A stretch of 64,000 nt of DNA from an uncultured bacterium (GCA_963749495.1 CAVVMW010000015.1:64001-128000), one strand, 5' to 3'; positions 41,220 to 53,059 are shown, counted from the stretch's first letter. The notes: a model not told the origin generated them from the sequence alone. Numbers and translations: made by a program.

Positions 41220-42375
41220 ATTGTCGCGCCTGGATCATCGCGCGGAATTGGGCGAAGAGCGGTGTGGAGTCGTGCGGCCCGGGAGAGGCCTCCGGGTGAT
41301 ATTGAACACAGAACATCGGCCGGGTCTTGTGGCGCATCCCCTCGACCGTTTGGTCGTTGAGGTTGATGCGGTCCACCAGGACCTCGGAGGGCAGCGACTG
41401 CGGATCGACTGCGAACCCGTGGTTCTGCGCGGTGATCTCGACCCGTCCCGATTCCAGGTCCTTGACGGGCTGGTTGGCGCCCCGGTGCCCGAACTTGAGC
41501 TTGAAGGTACGGCCCCCGACTGCCTGGCCCACTATCTGGTGCCCGAGGCAAATGCCGAAGATCGGGATGCCAGTCCGCAGCAGGTCGCGCACCGCCTGCA
41601 CCGCGTAGCCCAGCGCCGCCGGGTCTCCGGGACCGTTCGAGAGAAAAATCCCCGCCGGCTTGTACCGGAGCGCCTCGCCGGCCGGGGTGCCGGCCGGCAC
41701 CACCTGGACGCTGAACCCGTGCTGCCGCAAACGGCGCAGGATATTGTACTTCATCCCGTAGTCGTAGGCCACGATGGGGACATCCGCAGCCGGCAATGCT
41801 ACCCTGGCTGCCGGTCCCTGGCCCTGGACGCCCTGCGCCAGGCTGAACTGCCTGCTCCGCTCCCCGGTCTGGTCCCACAAAAAGCCCTCTTTGTGCGTCA
41901 CCGCCTGCACGTAATCCACTCCGGCCAGCCCGGGCCACTCCCTGGCCTGCCGCACCGCCTCCTCCTCCGAAACGCCCTCCGTGGAAATAAACCCGTTCAG
42001 GGCCCCTCGCACCCGCAGCTTCTTGGTCAGCGCCCGCGTGTCGATGCCCTGGATGCCGGGGATGGCGTTCCGCTCCAGGTATTCCCCCAGCGAGCAGTCC
42101 GCACGCCAGTTGCTCACCACCGGCGACAATTCACGAATCGCAAACCCCGCCACGTGCGGCCGCCACGATTCCACGTCCTCCCCATTCACCCCGTAGTTGC
42201 CAATCAGCGGATAGGTCATCGTCACTATCTGCCCCTTGTACGACGGGTCTGTGAGAATTTCCTGGTAACCCGTCATCGAGGTGTTGAAACAGACCTCGCC
42301 GCAGGCCGAGGCGCGCGCGCCAAAACCGCTGCCGTGAAACACCGAACCGTCTTCCAATGCCAAAATTGCGTTCAT
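41218..42375 (-). CDS. carA: Carbamoyl-phosphate synthase small subunit
   Basis: [30 protein letters not shown] and [10 protein letters not shown] motifs. Confidence 0.96.
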   Translation of the reverse strand: MNAILALEDGSVFHGSGFGARASACGEVCFNTSMTGYQEILTDPSYKGQIVTMTYPLIGNYGVNGEDVESWRPHVAGFAIRELSPVVSNWRADCSLGEYLERNAIPGIQGIDTRALTKKLRVRGALNGFISTEGVSEEEAVRQAREWPGLAGVDYVQAVTHKEGFLWDQTGERSRQFSLAQGVQGQGPAARVALPAADVPIVAYDYGMKYNILRRLRQHGFSVQVVPAGTPAGEALRYKPAGIFLSNGPGDPAALGYAVQAVRDLLRTGIPIFGICLGHQIVGQAVGGRTFKLKFGHRGANQPVKDLESGRVEITAQNHGFAVDPQSLPSEVLVDRINLNDQTVEGMRHKTRPMFCVQYHPEASPGPHDSTPLFAQFRAMIQARQ

Positions 42376-42594
42376 CCGGATGACGCGGTTGATCCAGTGT
42401 GCACGGTGCAATTCAAGTACAATCAGTTGCTCCGCCAAACTCATAAATGATCGGGTCGTCTGACCCGCCTCTAATTTAAGCACTTCGTCCTTCCATGTCG
42501 AGGGCGGAATTTCCGTCGTGGAAAACCAATAACGCGCCGCCGTCCGCACCAGCCCCGCCAGGTTCTCCTGCTTCATCATCTCCGCCCTCCATTT

Positions 42595-45113
42595 TCACCG
42601 CTCGACCGAGAAATGCACGGGTTGGAAGCTGTCCCGGTCTTTGATCGTGAGCAACCCATCCGCGTAGGTCCAACCGCAGGGAGCATCCTCGAGTGTTAGG
42701 GCATCGAGACCGGGCAGGGGCGCCTTGGCCCGCCCGGTCCCGGCATAAACTCCACGCGGCATTTGTTCCAGCCAGAGTTCCAGAAGGAGGTCTTGAGCCG
42801 CTGGACGATACGAACCCGACGGCGCGGAAATCTCGACTGCAATCGTTTGGCCGTCGCGGGTTTGACGGAAACTCCGCTTCACGGAGACTCCGTTGCGATA
42901 GTCGAGGGTTGCCCCGTCATCTTCGTAGAGCGTGGCTTCGGACTGGGCTGCCGGAGCAACCAGGACGTTGAGTGGTTTGCCCGGCATTTGGCCGGTGTGC
43001 TGCACCAGGGTTTGCCGGAAGATGAACGCGCCGCTGCGCACGAACAGCGGCAGAGATTCCAGCGTTACCGGGAGTTTGATTTTCTTTCCGCCCGCGTAAC
43101 GGCGGCCCGTGCGGTAGTCATGCCAATCGCCCTTGGGCAGATAGACCGATCGCGTCGTCTCGCCTTCCCTGAGGACCGGGGCCACGAGCAGGTCCGCGCC
43201 AAAGAGGAACTGATCCTCGATCGCCGCGGCCTTGTCATCCTCGGGAAACTCGAGGAACATCGGCCGCAGGGCGGCACGCCGGTTTCGCTGGCCTGCTGCA
43301 CCACGTTGCAGATGTGGGGCAGCAATCGGTAGCGCAGTTCGATGGCACGCCGGTTAACGGGCTCGAATTGGTAGCCGAACGTCCACGGCTCCTTCTCGGG
43401 CACGCCCAGCTCGCTGTGCGAGCGCATGAAGGGATAAAAGACGCCGGTTTGCAGCCAGCGCGTGTAAAGCTCGGCCGGGGCCGCCTCCGCGAAACCGCCA
43501 ATATCGCTGCCGACAAAGGCGAACCCGGAGAGCCCCAGGCCCAGGAGCGTGGGGATCGACTGCCGCAGCGACAACCAATCCGCCGTGTTGTCACCGATCC
43601 AGACGGCGGCATAACGCTGGCCGCCCGCAAAGCTCAACCGTGTCAGCACAAACGGCCGCTGGTTGGGACGGAGCCGGGTCAAGCCGTCGAAGGTGGCGCG
43701 GCTCATCAACTGCCCATAGACATTGTGCAATTGGCGGGCGGTAGCGGGCTCGCCTTCGTTGTCGAACACGATATCCAGGGGCATGGTTCCGGAAGGCGTG
43801 TCAAAAACCGACGGTTCGTCCATGTCGTTCCAGATGCCCGCGATGCCGTCCTCGACAAACCCTTTGTGGAGTGAGCCCCACCAGTCGCGCGTGGCGGGCC
43901 GGCTGAAATCCGGGAATACGCTCGGCCCGGGAGTTTCGTCCGCCCGCAACGGCCACACCGGCCCTTCGTAGAGCGACCCATCCGGGTGCTTGAGAAAGTG
44001 ATTGCCCGCCAGGCCGCTGTCATAAGGGGCATAACCGGGTTCCCGCTTGGGATGTCCATCAGCGGCGCACACGACATGGAATCCCTGGGCCGCGAGATCT
44101 GAAATCAACCTTTTTGGATCCGGGAAGCGTCCGCGGTCCCAGGTGAACGGCTTGTAGTTGTCTTGAAAGTCAATATCGAGCCAGATGACATCGGCGGGGA
44201 TGGCTTTCTCGCGAAAGGCATTGGCCAGCAGGCGCACGCGGGACTCGGGATAGTAACTGTATCGAGACTGGTGGTAACCCAGTGCCCAGCGTGGCGGCAT
44301 GGGCATGCGGCCCGTGAGGGCGGTGTAGCGCTCGATCACCTGCTTGGGATGGGGTCCGTTGATGAAGTAATAGTCCAATTCGCCGCCTTCCGCGCCGAAG
44401 GTCAGCAGGTCCTGCCGCTCACGGCCGATGTCGAAGGTGCTGCGCCAGGTGTTGTCGAGGAACAGGCCGTGCGCCTTGCCTTGACGGAGCACGATGTAGA
44501 AGGGCACAGAGACGTAAAGCGGATCGGTGCTGGAATCATAAGAGTAAGTGTCCGTGTTCCACATCACGTAATTGTAGCCCCCCAGCGACCAGCCGCGTTT
44601 GTCCAGCCGCCCGTTTTTTTCGCCCAAGCCATAGACGTGCTCGTCGTCCCGCAGACGTTTGGCCACGCGGAACGAAGGGCCTGCCACGGCAATGCCGCGC
44701 TCGGGGTCGTCCGCATCGAGGCTCTCCCCTGCCCGGTCGGCAAAGGCGAGGCGAAATGGCTCGTGTTGCGCGGTCACCTTGAGCGAAGCGGTCTCGAGCG
44801 TGGAGGCGCCGGCCCCGATGTCAACCTTGGGCACGACCGCGCCGAGGTCGCGCTGGACGACCGCGTAGGAATGATCGCGCCCGAAAGCCCCGGCGGGGGC
44901 GAACCGGACCCGGATCACGTCGTCAGCCAGCGGCGTGATGGCCAGCACCCCCTGGTCGCCCTGAAAACGCAGCACCTTGCCGTCCCACGTGGGTGCGGAC
45001 ATTCGCCCCAGCGACGACCAACCGGCTGCCGGCGCGCCGACAGCCGGCGTGTTCCACGCGCCCGACGCAAGAGTGAGCCCCAACCCCACCGCCAGGAGGC
45101 TCGGCAGAGGCAT
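42595..45113 (-). CDS. Secreted GH31 alpha-glycosidase (frameshift near 43272)
   Basis: YGLGEK, WLDID, WNDMDEP, WIGDN, GSDIGGF and RSH motifs; GVP(A)LRPMFLEFP is restored across the shift. Confidence 0.9.
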
Positions 45114-45114
45114 A

Positions 45115-45252
45115 CTGCGCCAGACCTTGAGTGATTTTCGCGACCTTTGTCGCTGCCTTTGTCGAAAACCCACGCCATTCGGCACAGGTTCCGACAAAGG
45201 CTGCGACAAAGGTTGCGACAAAGACACCAAAGTCATCCAAAGTCCCGTGCAG
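45115..45252. mobile_element. Second 138-bp element, inverted relative to the 38975 copy
   Basis: Its reverse complement aligns with 38975-39112 at both ends. It abuts the GH31 ATG. Confidence 0.75.
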
Positions 45253-45412
45253 TGGAGCGCGGACCCCCAGGCGGCCCGTAGCGTCGGATGGCAAGATTCG
45301 CCTTGAACGATGCTCACGACATCATGCTCGCGATTTCGCGCGCCCGAGTCAAAGCGTTTAGTCGGCCCCGGGGTCACCGACGGCGAAAGGGGGCTTCGCT
45401 TGGCGCGAAGCG

Positions 45413-45435
45413 TTTTGGACTGGCGCAGTCCAAAA
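45413..45435. repeat. Collapsed family A palindrome
   Basis: TTTTGGACTGGCGCAGTCCAAAA; the flank matches the reverse complement of 19776-19801. Confidence 0.75.
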
Positions 45436-45675
45436 CCTTCGGGCTTGGCGCCGGTTCATGGAGAGCCCCCTGTGGCTTCTGCCATTGCATTGGGACCATG
45501 AATCGGTTCACTGGCCTCCGCTGTACCCATGAGGAGGCGCGCATCAGGCCGGAAAACGATTCATATCCGCCACCCAACTCGGCCAACGTGCGGCGGAACG
45601 AGGTCCGCCACACGCTGGCGCAAGGATGAGTTTCCACCGATGCCGACGGGAGCAATTGGCGCCTCGAACGATAGA

Positions 45676-46686
45676 TCAGTCCTTGTCGCCGACGGGAGTC
45701 GCGATGAAGCCGTGCCAGTTGCCGGAAAGGTCAAGGTACGAGCCGACAATCTCACCGCGATCGTTGATGCTGTTGGCGGCGGTGGCTCCGCCGCCGATCG
45801 TTCCGGTGGTGCCTGGATAGTCCAGTGTGGTATAAACGCCGTGGGACAAGATGAACCCATGCTGGCTGGTGAAGGCTGTGTCGGCGTAGATGCCCACTAC
45901 GTCGCCTTTGTTGTTGATGGATACCGGAGTAGTGATAAAAGGCCCAGGTACCTCGACGGGGGCCACAGTGCCATCTTTGTGGACCAGGAAACCGTGCTGG
46001 GCCAAGTGAGCGACCTCCCACCAGCCAACCATTGTGCCGAGGTCGTTGATTCCGAGCAGGACGGTCTGTGCGGCACCGGGGTAATTATAGAGGCGGTACT
46101 CCCCGTCTTCGAGAATGAATCCTTGGAGGCCAAACGGCCAGGTAATCGCCTCGGGAGTCAGCGTGAAGGTTCCGATGATGGTGTCTTCGTCGTTGACGCT
46201 GACAGCCCCAGCGAAAAAGCCAGCGCCAGGCGCAACGGGTGGCAGGAGATGGATCCTCCCGTCGCGGCGCCGAACGAAGAAATCTACGTTTAGGGAGTTA
46301 ACAGGGGCGTCGCTGTAATCCCCCACGGCGACGCCGTTATCGTTGATGGCATCCACTTCGGTATAGCCCGCCAAGCCCGAAAGGTTGACGTCGATGAACG
46401 TGCCGTGGTCGAACAGAAACCCGATGGACAGAGGGGTTACGCCGTCGGCTGCGAACCTGCTATAGTTGCCCACGATCTCGCCGCGGTTGTTGATGCCGTA
46501 GTTCGCACTGTAGCCGAGTGACGGGGCGGCGCCAGGGACATCGAAGGTTTGAAACGTATAGGCAGGCGTTCGGTGGTCAGCACCATTCGCCGGCGAAACA
46601 GCGGCCAGGGCCAGGAGAGTGCACAGGACCGCGGATCCAACGGACGTGGTTGCCCGCGCGAGTTTGTGGTATGACATGTCTTTCAT
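45676..46686 (-). CDS. Secreted repeat (propeller-like) protein with GIN[ND].G.IVG repeats
   Basis: Signal peptide; six INxxGxxVG repeats, several ending in (H)GF. Confidence 0.8.
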   Translation of the reverse strand: MKDMSYHKLARATTSVGSAVLCTLLALAAVSPANGADHRTPAYTFQTFDVPGAAPSLGYSANYGINNRGEIVGNYSRFAADGVTPLSIGFLFDHGTFIDVNLSGLAGYTEVDAINDNGVAVGDYSDAPVNSLNVDFFVRRRDGRIHLLPPVAPGAGFFAGAVSVNDEDTIIGTFTLTPEAITWPFGLQGFILEDGEYRLYNYPGAAQTVLLGINDLGTMVGWWEVAHLAQHGFLVHKDGTVAPVEVPGPFITTPVSINNKGDVVGIYADTAFTSQHGFILSHGVYTTLDYPGTTGTIGGGATAANSINDRGEIVGSYLDLSGNWHGFIATPVGDKD

Positions 46687-47001
46687 GCGTTGCTTTTCTT
46701 TCTTTTCAGGTGGCTTGCACCTGAGTCTTTGTTTTTGTTTGTTTGTGTGCTCTCGCCGCCGTTCGTCGGTGGCGAAATCCGTCTGCACCAGGCAACACTC
46801 CACCCAGCAGGGAGGGTTGCTCCCTTTTTTCAGGTGATTGCGTTTGATGCTCCGAGCTTGGCGGGCGAGGCTCAGTTCAATTCCGCAAGCTCGAAATCAA
46901 ACCAGCCTGCGCCGGGCAGGCTCGTTCGCGTTACAAAAATCCGCAGCACGCCACATGGACCGCGGAAGATCCGAACTGTTCCTCAAGAGTTTTCATTCCA
47001 C

Positions 47002-49582
47002 TTATAGCTTGGTCCTCTGCGCCGCCTCGAGCTCAGCCCAGGACGGCGCGCGCCAGAGGTAGAGCACGTTCCGGGTGCTTAGACAGCCAAGCAAGCAACC
47101 GTCGGCGGAGAATCGGGGCACCCCAAACCGAGCCGTTTCGGCCTGCAGCCCGAGCAGCTCCTTTTGGCTGGCCAGGTCCCACAGGGTAAGGGCGCCGGCG
47201 CCGTCGCGGCTGGCGGTGGCCAGTGTCCCAGCATCGGGCCAGAGGACCATGCCGTCCACCAGGTGGCGGTGGCCCGTAAGTTGAGGGCCGATTTGCTTGC
47301 CGGACTGGACATCCCACAGCCGCAGGATCGAACGGTTTGAGCCCTCGGCCGTGATCAAAAGCGCGCCGTCTTGAGAAAACACGGCATTCCCGTCAAACTC
47401 GCCGTCCGGGCATTTCACACCCCAACGCAGCTTGCCCGTTCGATAAATCGATAAGCTGCAGCTCAGCACCACAGATAGCGGCCGATTTCAGGTTCGGATC
47501 AACCGCGACATATCCGTTCCCGTATTCCGGCCAGGGTATGAACGCGGTATAGTTTGTGAGGAGCGTACCCTCAGGAATCCGCCAGAGGGTGAGCTGACCG
47601 TCTGCGGCACTCATTGGATTTACTGCCGAAGCGAAGAGGCTGCGACCATCCCGGGAGAACGCGAGGCCGGCACAGTAATTGCCAGGAGGAAGATCGAAGA
47701 GCTTCCGCGTGGTTTGCGAGTTCCACAAGTGAACGCTTTGATGCCAATTGGTGGCGGTGTGTTCGTCGCCACAGAATGCCAGCAGTGGTTCCGGCGAAAA
47801 GGCCAAATTGGCCAGGCCTGTTGGATAAAGGTTTGTAATCACCCATGGGGCTCCCAAATTTGAAATATCCAACACCGCGGTCCCCGCACCCTCATCGATC
47901 TCCCCAACCGCGAGCCACTTCCCATCACGGGAGATGGCCAGGTCCTGGACACCGCTCTTGCTCTGCCACAGTTTGAGCAGAGCGTCACTCGTGCATTGCT
48001 GCCAGAGATAACGCCACTCCCAGCCGCGCAGGTCGCTTTCTGCTTTCTGCTTTCTGCCTTCTGCTTGCTTCTCCGGCCGATACCTCTCCAGGAGCTTGCG
48101 AGCGAGACCGAAATTGTCCTCGGCCAGCGCCCGCTGGGCGAGGTTTATATCTGAAGCGTAGGCTTCCTGGCGGGCGGCCGATTCGCTCCCTTCCGCGCGC
48201 TGGCGTTGTTCTTGAGCGACGGTGGATTTTTCGGTCGCCAGGCGCTCGGCCCGTCTCGCACGGAACGCTTCGAAGGTACTCAGGGCACCGCCAAACAACA
48301 AGACCACGGCCACCGCTCCCGCCGCTCCCACCACCAGTTTGTTCCGTCGAACTAATTTTTGAAAGCGATATGCTGCGCTCGGGGGGCGGGCAACGACCGG
48401 CTCGTTGCTCAAGTGCCGCTGGAGGTCCATCGCCAGACCGTTGGCCGTGTCGTAACGGTGTGCCCGGTCCTTCTCCAGGCACTTCATCACGATCCAGTCC
48501 AGATCGCCTCGCACCAGATGAAGGAGCTTCGGCGGCTCGGTTTGCCGCGCCTTGGCTGCCGTCCTCAACTCCGCCTCCACCAAGGTGTTCAACCGTGTCG
48601 AGGGCCGTAGCGGCTCCCGCTCCCTGATGGTGCGGCGCATTTCGTCCAAACCAGCCTCCAACAGCTCTTTGGCCTCGAACGGCGTCTTGCCCGTCAACAG
48701 CTCGTAGAGCAGCACCCCCAAGCCGTAAATGTCGGTCCGTGTGTTGATATCCACGCTGGTCATCTCGGCTTGTTCCGGGCTCATGTAGGCCGGCGTGCCG
48801 ATAAGTTGCTGAAACTGAGTATAGACGGTCTTGTCGGTGAGGTCCCCTTGCGTGGCTTTGGCAATGCCAAAATCAATCACCTTGGGCACAGGCACGCCAT
48901 CATTGACGGTCACCAGGATGTTGGACGGCTTGAGGTCCCGGTGGATGATGCCTTTCTGGTGAGCGTGTTGAACCGCGCGGCAAACCTCGATGAACAACTT
49001 GAGCCGTTCCTGGGTTGGCAACTGGTTCTGGTCGCAGAACTCGGTGATCTTGACCCCACGGACCAGTTCCATCACGAAGTAGGGCCGTCCGGTGTCGGTT
49101 GCGCCGGCGTCGAGCACCTTGGCGATGTTCGGATGGTCCATCATCGCCAGCGCCTGCCGTTCGGCCTCGAAGCGAGCCACGACCGAACGGGTATCCATCC
49201 CGAGCTTGATCACCTTCAGGGCCACCCGCCGGCGGACCGGTTCGGTTTGCTCCGCCACATAGACCATCCCGCAGCCTCCTTCGCCGATTTTTTCCATCAG
49301 TTTGTAGCGGCCAATCACAGAGCCCGGCTGCTCTTCGACCCGCGAGTTTGCTTGGGCGGGGGCAAGGTGAGCGGCGGGCGCGAACAGGTTGTTCGCAATT
49401 ACCGCGTTCCGGCCAAAGAACGAGTCGGCTTGCGGAGCGTTCGCCAGCAAGCCTTCGATCCTCCGGCGCATTTCCGGTTTGCCCTCGCAGGCAAGATCCA
49501 GATATTGCCGCAGCTTCTCCGCGTCGGCGAACTGCTGCGCCGCGTTGAAGATGACCTCTTCGCTTGGGTCCAGTTCCTTCAT
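47002..49582 (-). CDS. Ser/Thr protein kinase with WD40 repeats (frameshift near 47440)
   Basis: IGEGGCG, VALK, HRDLKPSN, IDFGIAK, GTPAYMSPEQ and RGWEWRYL motifs; WD repeats continue in the second frame. Confidence 0.92.
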
Positions 49583-49664
49583 TATCCGTCAGCCACAATG
49601 GTCGTTCTACTAAAGAGTACGCCGTTTCGCGCTCAAACCCGACACGCCCGCAAACTTTTTTGCA

Positions 49665-49808
49665 ACTGTTCAGGTGGGCACGCGTGGGGCAGACCTCCGG
49701 TCTGCCGGTTCCAGGGGCCTCTGGCCCCGAGCCTTGGACGTGCAAGGGACACGGAGCCGGAGGCTCCGTGAACCGGCAGACCAGAGGTCTGCCCCACACC
49801 TGAACAGT
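49665..49808. mobile_element. 144-bp family B element, second copy
   Basis: Near-identical to 24922-25065; lies between the ECF and kinase genes. Confidence 0.85.
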
Positions 49809-49817
49809 CACACTTCT

Positions 49818-50408
49818 TTATGCCTTGGGTGGTTTCACGTGCTCAAACAGCCAGGCCTTGGCGTAGCGCCAATAACGCTCGACTGTGCGGGGAGAGATGT
49901 GAAGCAGTTCCGCGGTCTCCTTTTCATCGAGTCCGACAAAAAATCGCAATTTGACCACCTCCGCCTTCTCTGGCGCGAGCACGGCCAGTTCATCGAGCGC
50001 GGAGTTGATCTGGAGAAGCTGTTCATCGTCACCTGGCGCGGCGAATTCTATGGCGTCCAGATCCACACGTTCCAACTCGGCGCCATGGCGGGCGCGGAGT
50101 TTTCTGCGGGCGCGCTCGACCAGGATGTGCCGCATCGCCTGGGCAGCAGAGGCAAAGAAATGTCCGCGGCTCTCCCATCGTGGCATCTGTCCGGCACTCA
50201 ACCTCAGCCAGGCTTCGTGAACCAGCGCGGTGGCTTGCAGCGTCTGGCCCGGCGGTTGTTGCGCCATCTTGACGGCCGCCAGTTTGCGCAGCTCGTCATA
50301 AACCAGCGTCAGCAGCTTCTCGGCCGCTTGTTCATCCCCAGCCCCAACCGCGTCGAGGACTTTGGTCACCTGTTCCGCCGACTCGTCCGCGCTCCTATCC
50401 GGCGGCAC
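49818..50408 (-). CDS. ECF sigma factor, TIGR02999-like (kinase-associated PVC type)
   Basis: LVYDELRKLA, TLQATALVHEAWLRL, HFFASAAQAMRHILVERARRK, VKLRFFVGL and W..AKAWL motifs. Start uncertain. Confidence 0.92.
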   Translation of the reverse strand: MPPDRSADESAEQVTKVLDAVGAGDEQAAEKLLTLVYDELRKLAAVKMAQQPPGQTLQATALVHEAWLRLSAGQMPRWESRGHFFASAAQAMRHILVERARRKLRARHGAELERVDLDAIEFAAPGDDEQLLQINSALDELAVLAPEKAEVVKLRFFVGLDEKETAELLHISPRTVERYWRYAKAWLFEHVKPPKA

Positions 50409-50464
50409 TTTTCATTGCGACCTGAACCGTTACAGCCTTTTGCGGAGGCCGGGGCGCGATCCGC

Positions 50465-52592
50465 TCAAGCTGTTTGGGGGGCCGTAGCGAGCGCCCGGCG
50501 GTCGTGGGGGCCGGGCCGCCGGATGCCGGTGACGGCGGAGACAAGCACCTGCCGGAGAATGACGCCAGCCGCTGGCTGCGATTGCCGCCTGATTTCGACG
50601 CGCACCGAGGTGGGTCGCTCCACGTCAATGACCAGACCGCATTGTCCACAAGCCCGGCACACGTACACGGGCCCCCCGTCTCAACGAGAATCTGGTTGTG
50701 CGCCACAACGACAATGGCGATGGGTTCGTCGTGCGGCCCGTCCAAATCGACCTGCAAGACATAGCGTCCGGCCTCGGGCAAGGCACAATCCGGGCTGCGG
50801 AGCGAGCCTGCGGCGACGGGCAGATCCACAAGTTTGCGCAGCGCGACGCCCTCGTAGGCGGATTCGGCCCAAGGCGGCAGGGCCACCACGTTGGCGACAT
50901 TATACTCGCTGCCCTTAAGCCGCTGCTGATAGTAGGGGCGGTTGACCCGGCAGTAGAGGTTCGCGTCAAAACACCGGTAGCCCAGGGATTCCAGATAATC
51001 GAGGGAGCCGCGATCGGCGTGGGGCCAGTATTCGAGGATGACCATCGGGGCGTGCCGGCGCAAGGTCCGCTCAGCGCCCAGCAGCGCCTCATACTCGACG
51101 CCCTCAATATCCAGCTTGATGGCGGTTGGGCAAAGCGCCCGCTGGGCGACATAATCATCGAGGCTGATCGTCTCGACGGTCTCCTGGCTGTCGGAGACCT
51201 TGTTGAGCAGGCTCGAGGCCTGGCCCAGAGCCGATCGTCGCAGTAGAGCGAGAGTTTTTCCCCGCTCTTCGACCAGACCGCGCGGTTGAGCACCGTCACG
51301 TTTGTGGCGCCGTTGAGAGCCAAATCTCGGGTCAGGACAGGTATGATGCGCGGATTCGCCTCAAAGGCATGGATTTGCCCTGCGGGACCGACCCTCCGGG
51401 ACATGGCGATGGCGATGGCGCCCACGTTAGCCCCGGCGTCCAGGGCACAATCGCCCGGTTCAAGGAAATCAGCCAGGCACAGTTGCACGGCGACCTCGCA
51501 CGGAATGCGCGGACCATAGAGTTGGGCCGGGTGCAGTTGCAGCATCCGTTGCGCCGCGGGCTGCAGCTTGGAGTCCGCCGGCGCGCAGGGCTGGGGACTC
51601 CGCCCCGCCGATTGGAGGGCGATAACGCGCTTGAGCCGTTGGAGGTTCGTTTGGGCCGGTTCGAGGCCGGGGGCCAGGCGCAGCGCCTGCTCGAGGGCCT
51701 GCCCGGCGGCTTCGTAGTGGCCGAGTTGGAATAGAAGGTCGGCCAGGGTTAGGCAGAGGGCGACGGCTTGGGGATGCTTTGAGATGGCCTCCAGCAGCAC
51801 AGCCGCAGCCGCGGCAATGCCGCCGGTCGAGGAGGCGGTCTGGGCCTGCGCCATGCCTGTGGCCTGCGTCGGCTCGTCCTGGGCCAAGGAAGCGGCGCTG
51901 GGTTCGGTGGAGGCGGCGGGCGGGCGGGGCGCATCTTCTTTGGCCCGCAACAAGGCCAGGCCACGGAGCGCGGCAGGATGGTTGGGATCAAGCGTCAGGA
52001 CGCTCTGAAGGGCGGCCCGGGAACCCGCCCGGTCGCCCAGGCCATCCCGGCAATGGGCCAGGGCCAGGAGGGTCTGGACGTTGTTGGGTTGCAGCACGAG
52101 AATTCGTTCATAGAGCTTCACGCTTGCGGTCAGGTTGCCGTGCTGGAGATTGGTATCGGCCAACAACTGAAGGGCAGGCACGCAGTCCGGGGCCAGGCGC
52201 ATAGCCCGAGTCAATGCGGCTTCGAAAGCAGCAACATCCTTAAGCTGGAAGCACGCGGCGGCCAATTGCACCAACAGGATGGGATCGCGCCCATCGAGGC
52301 GGGCCGCCCGTTCAAACTCGCGGCGCGCTGCGGCGAAATCGCCGAGTTGAAAATGGATGCCGCCCAACCTCGCGGCGAGTGGCGCGCTGGCGGGAGCCTG
52401 CTCGAGGGCCTGGGTCAACGTGGCGCGGCAGGACGCGAGGTCGCCTCGGACAAATTCTGCGTTTGCCCGATCCAGGACATCCTGGGGCACGGCAACACTG
52501 GTGCAATTGACAGGAAATTGCCCTTTGAGGAGCTGTCCCATCATTGACTCTGCGCAAGGGAGGGAGGGTTGGCTTTCGGTCTCACTCATCAT
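50465..52592 (-). CDS. TPR-repeat protein fused to a FkbM-family methyltransferase (frameshifts near 51228 and 50665)
   Basis: TPR helices; DAGANVG and HAFEANP motifs, then KLDIEGVEYEALLGA in the next frame. 3' end uncertain. Confidence 0.8.
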
Positions 52593-52644
52593 GGCCGGAT
52601 GCTGCCAAGCGGCAGCCGTGATGTCAAACGGGGACTCCTGGCAG

Positions 52645-52683
52645 TTTGCGTGAGGTTCACGCAAATCGCGCGAAATTCACGCA
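52645..52683. promoter_or_regulatory. Candidate operator: perfect 9-bp inverted repeat plus a third half-site
   Basis: TTTGCGTGA-GGT-TCACGCAAA, with TTCACGCA repeated 20 bp later, between divergent genes. Confidence 0.5.
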
Positions 52684-52904
52684 TAGTCCGGGGGAGAGGA
52701 CTCGTTTTCCTGGGGAAAGAGTGGCTGGCACTGGTTATGCTCAAGTGAGGTACTCCACCCGGGGCGCCGTTGCCTCTTGCGCCAGAGCGATGAGGCCTTG
52801 GTCCGTGTTGGCGCGTGCGGGAAGACACGGGCAGCGACGTATGAACTCTGACCTGACTATGAAGGGCAACACTCTCTCAATGAACCGACCCCGAGCCCGC
52901 AAGG

Positions 52905-52982
52905 TTTTGGACTGCGGCAGTCCCCTGCCGCTTTCGCGTCCCCAGGGTCCAAAAAGCGGCAGAAGACTGCCGCAGTCCAAAA
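52905..52982. repeat. Family A palindrome
   Basis: Its loop is the reverse complement of the loop of the 3224 copy. Confidence 0.9.
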
Positions 52983-53059
52983 CGCTTCGCGGCTTCCGCC
53001 GCCATGCACCAGCCGGTTCATGGTCCCAATACGGGATCTCACAATCGTGGAGGCTCGTC

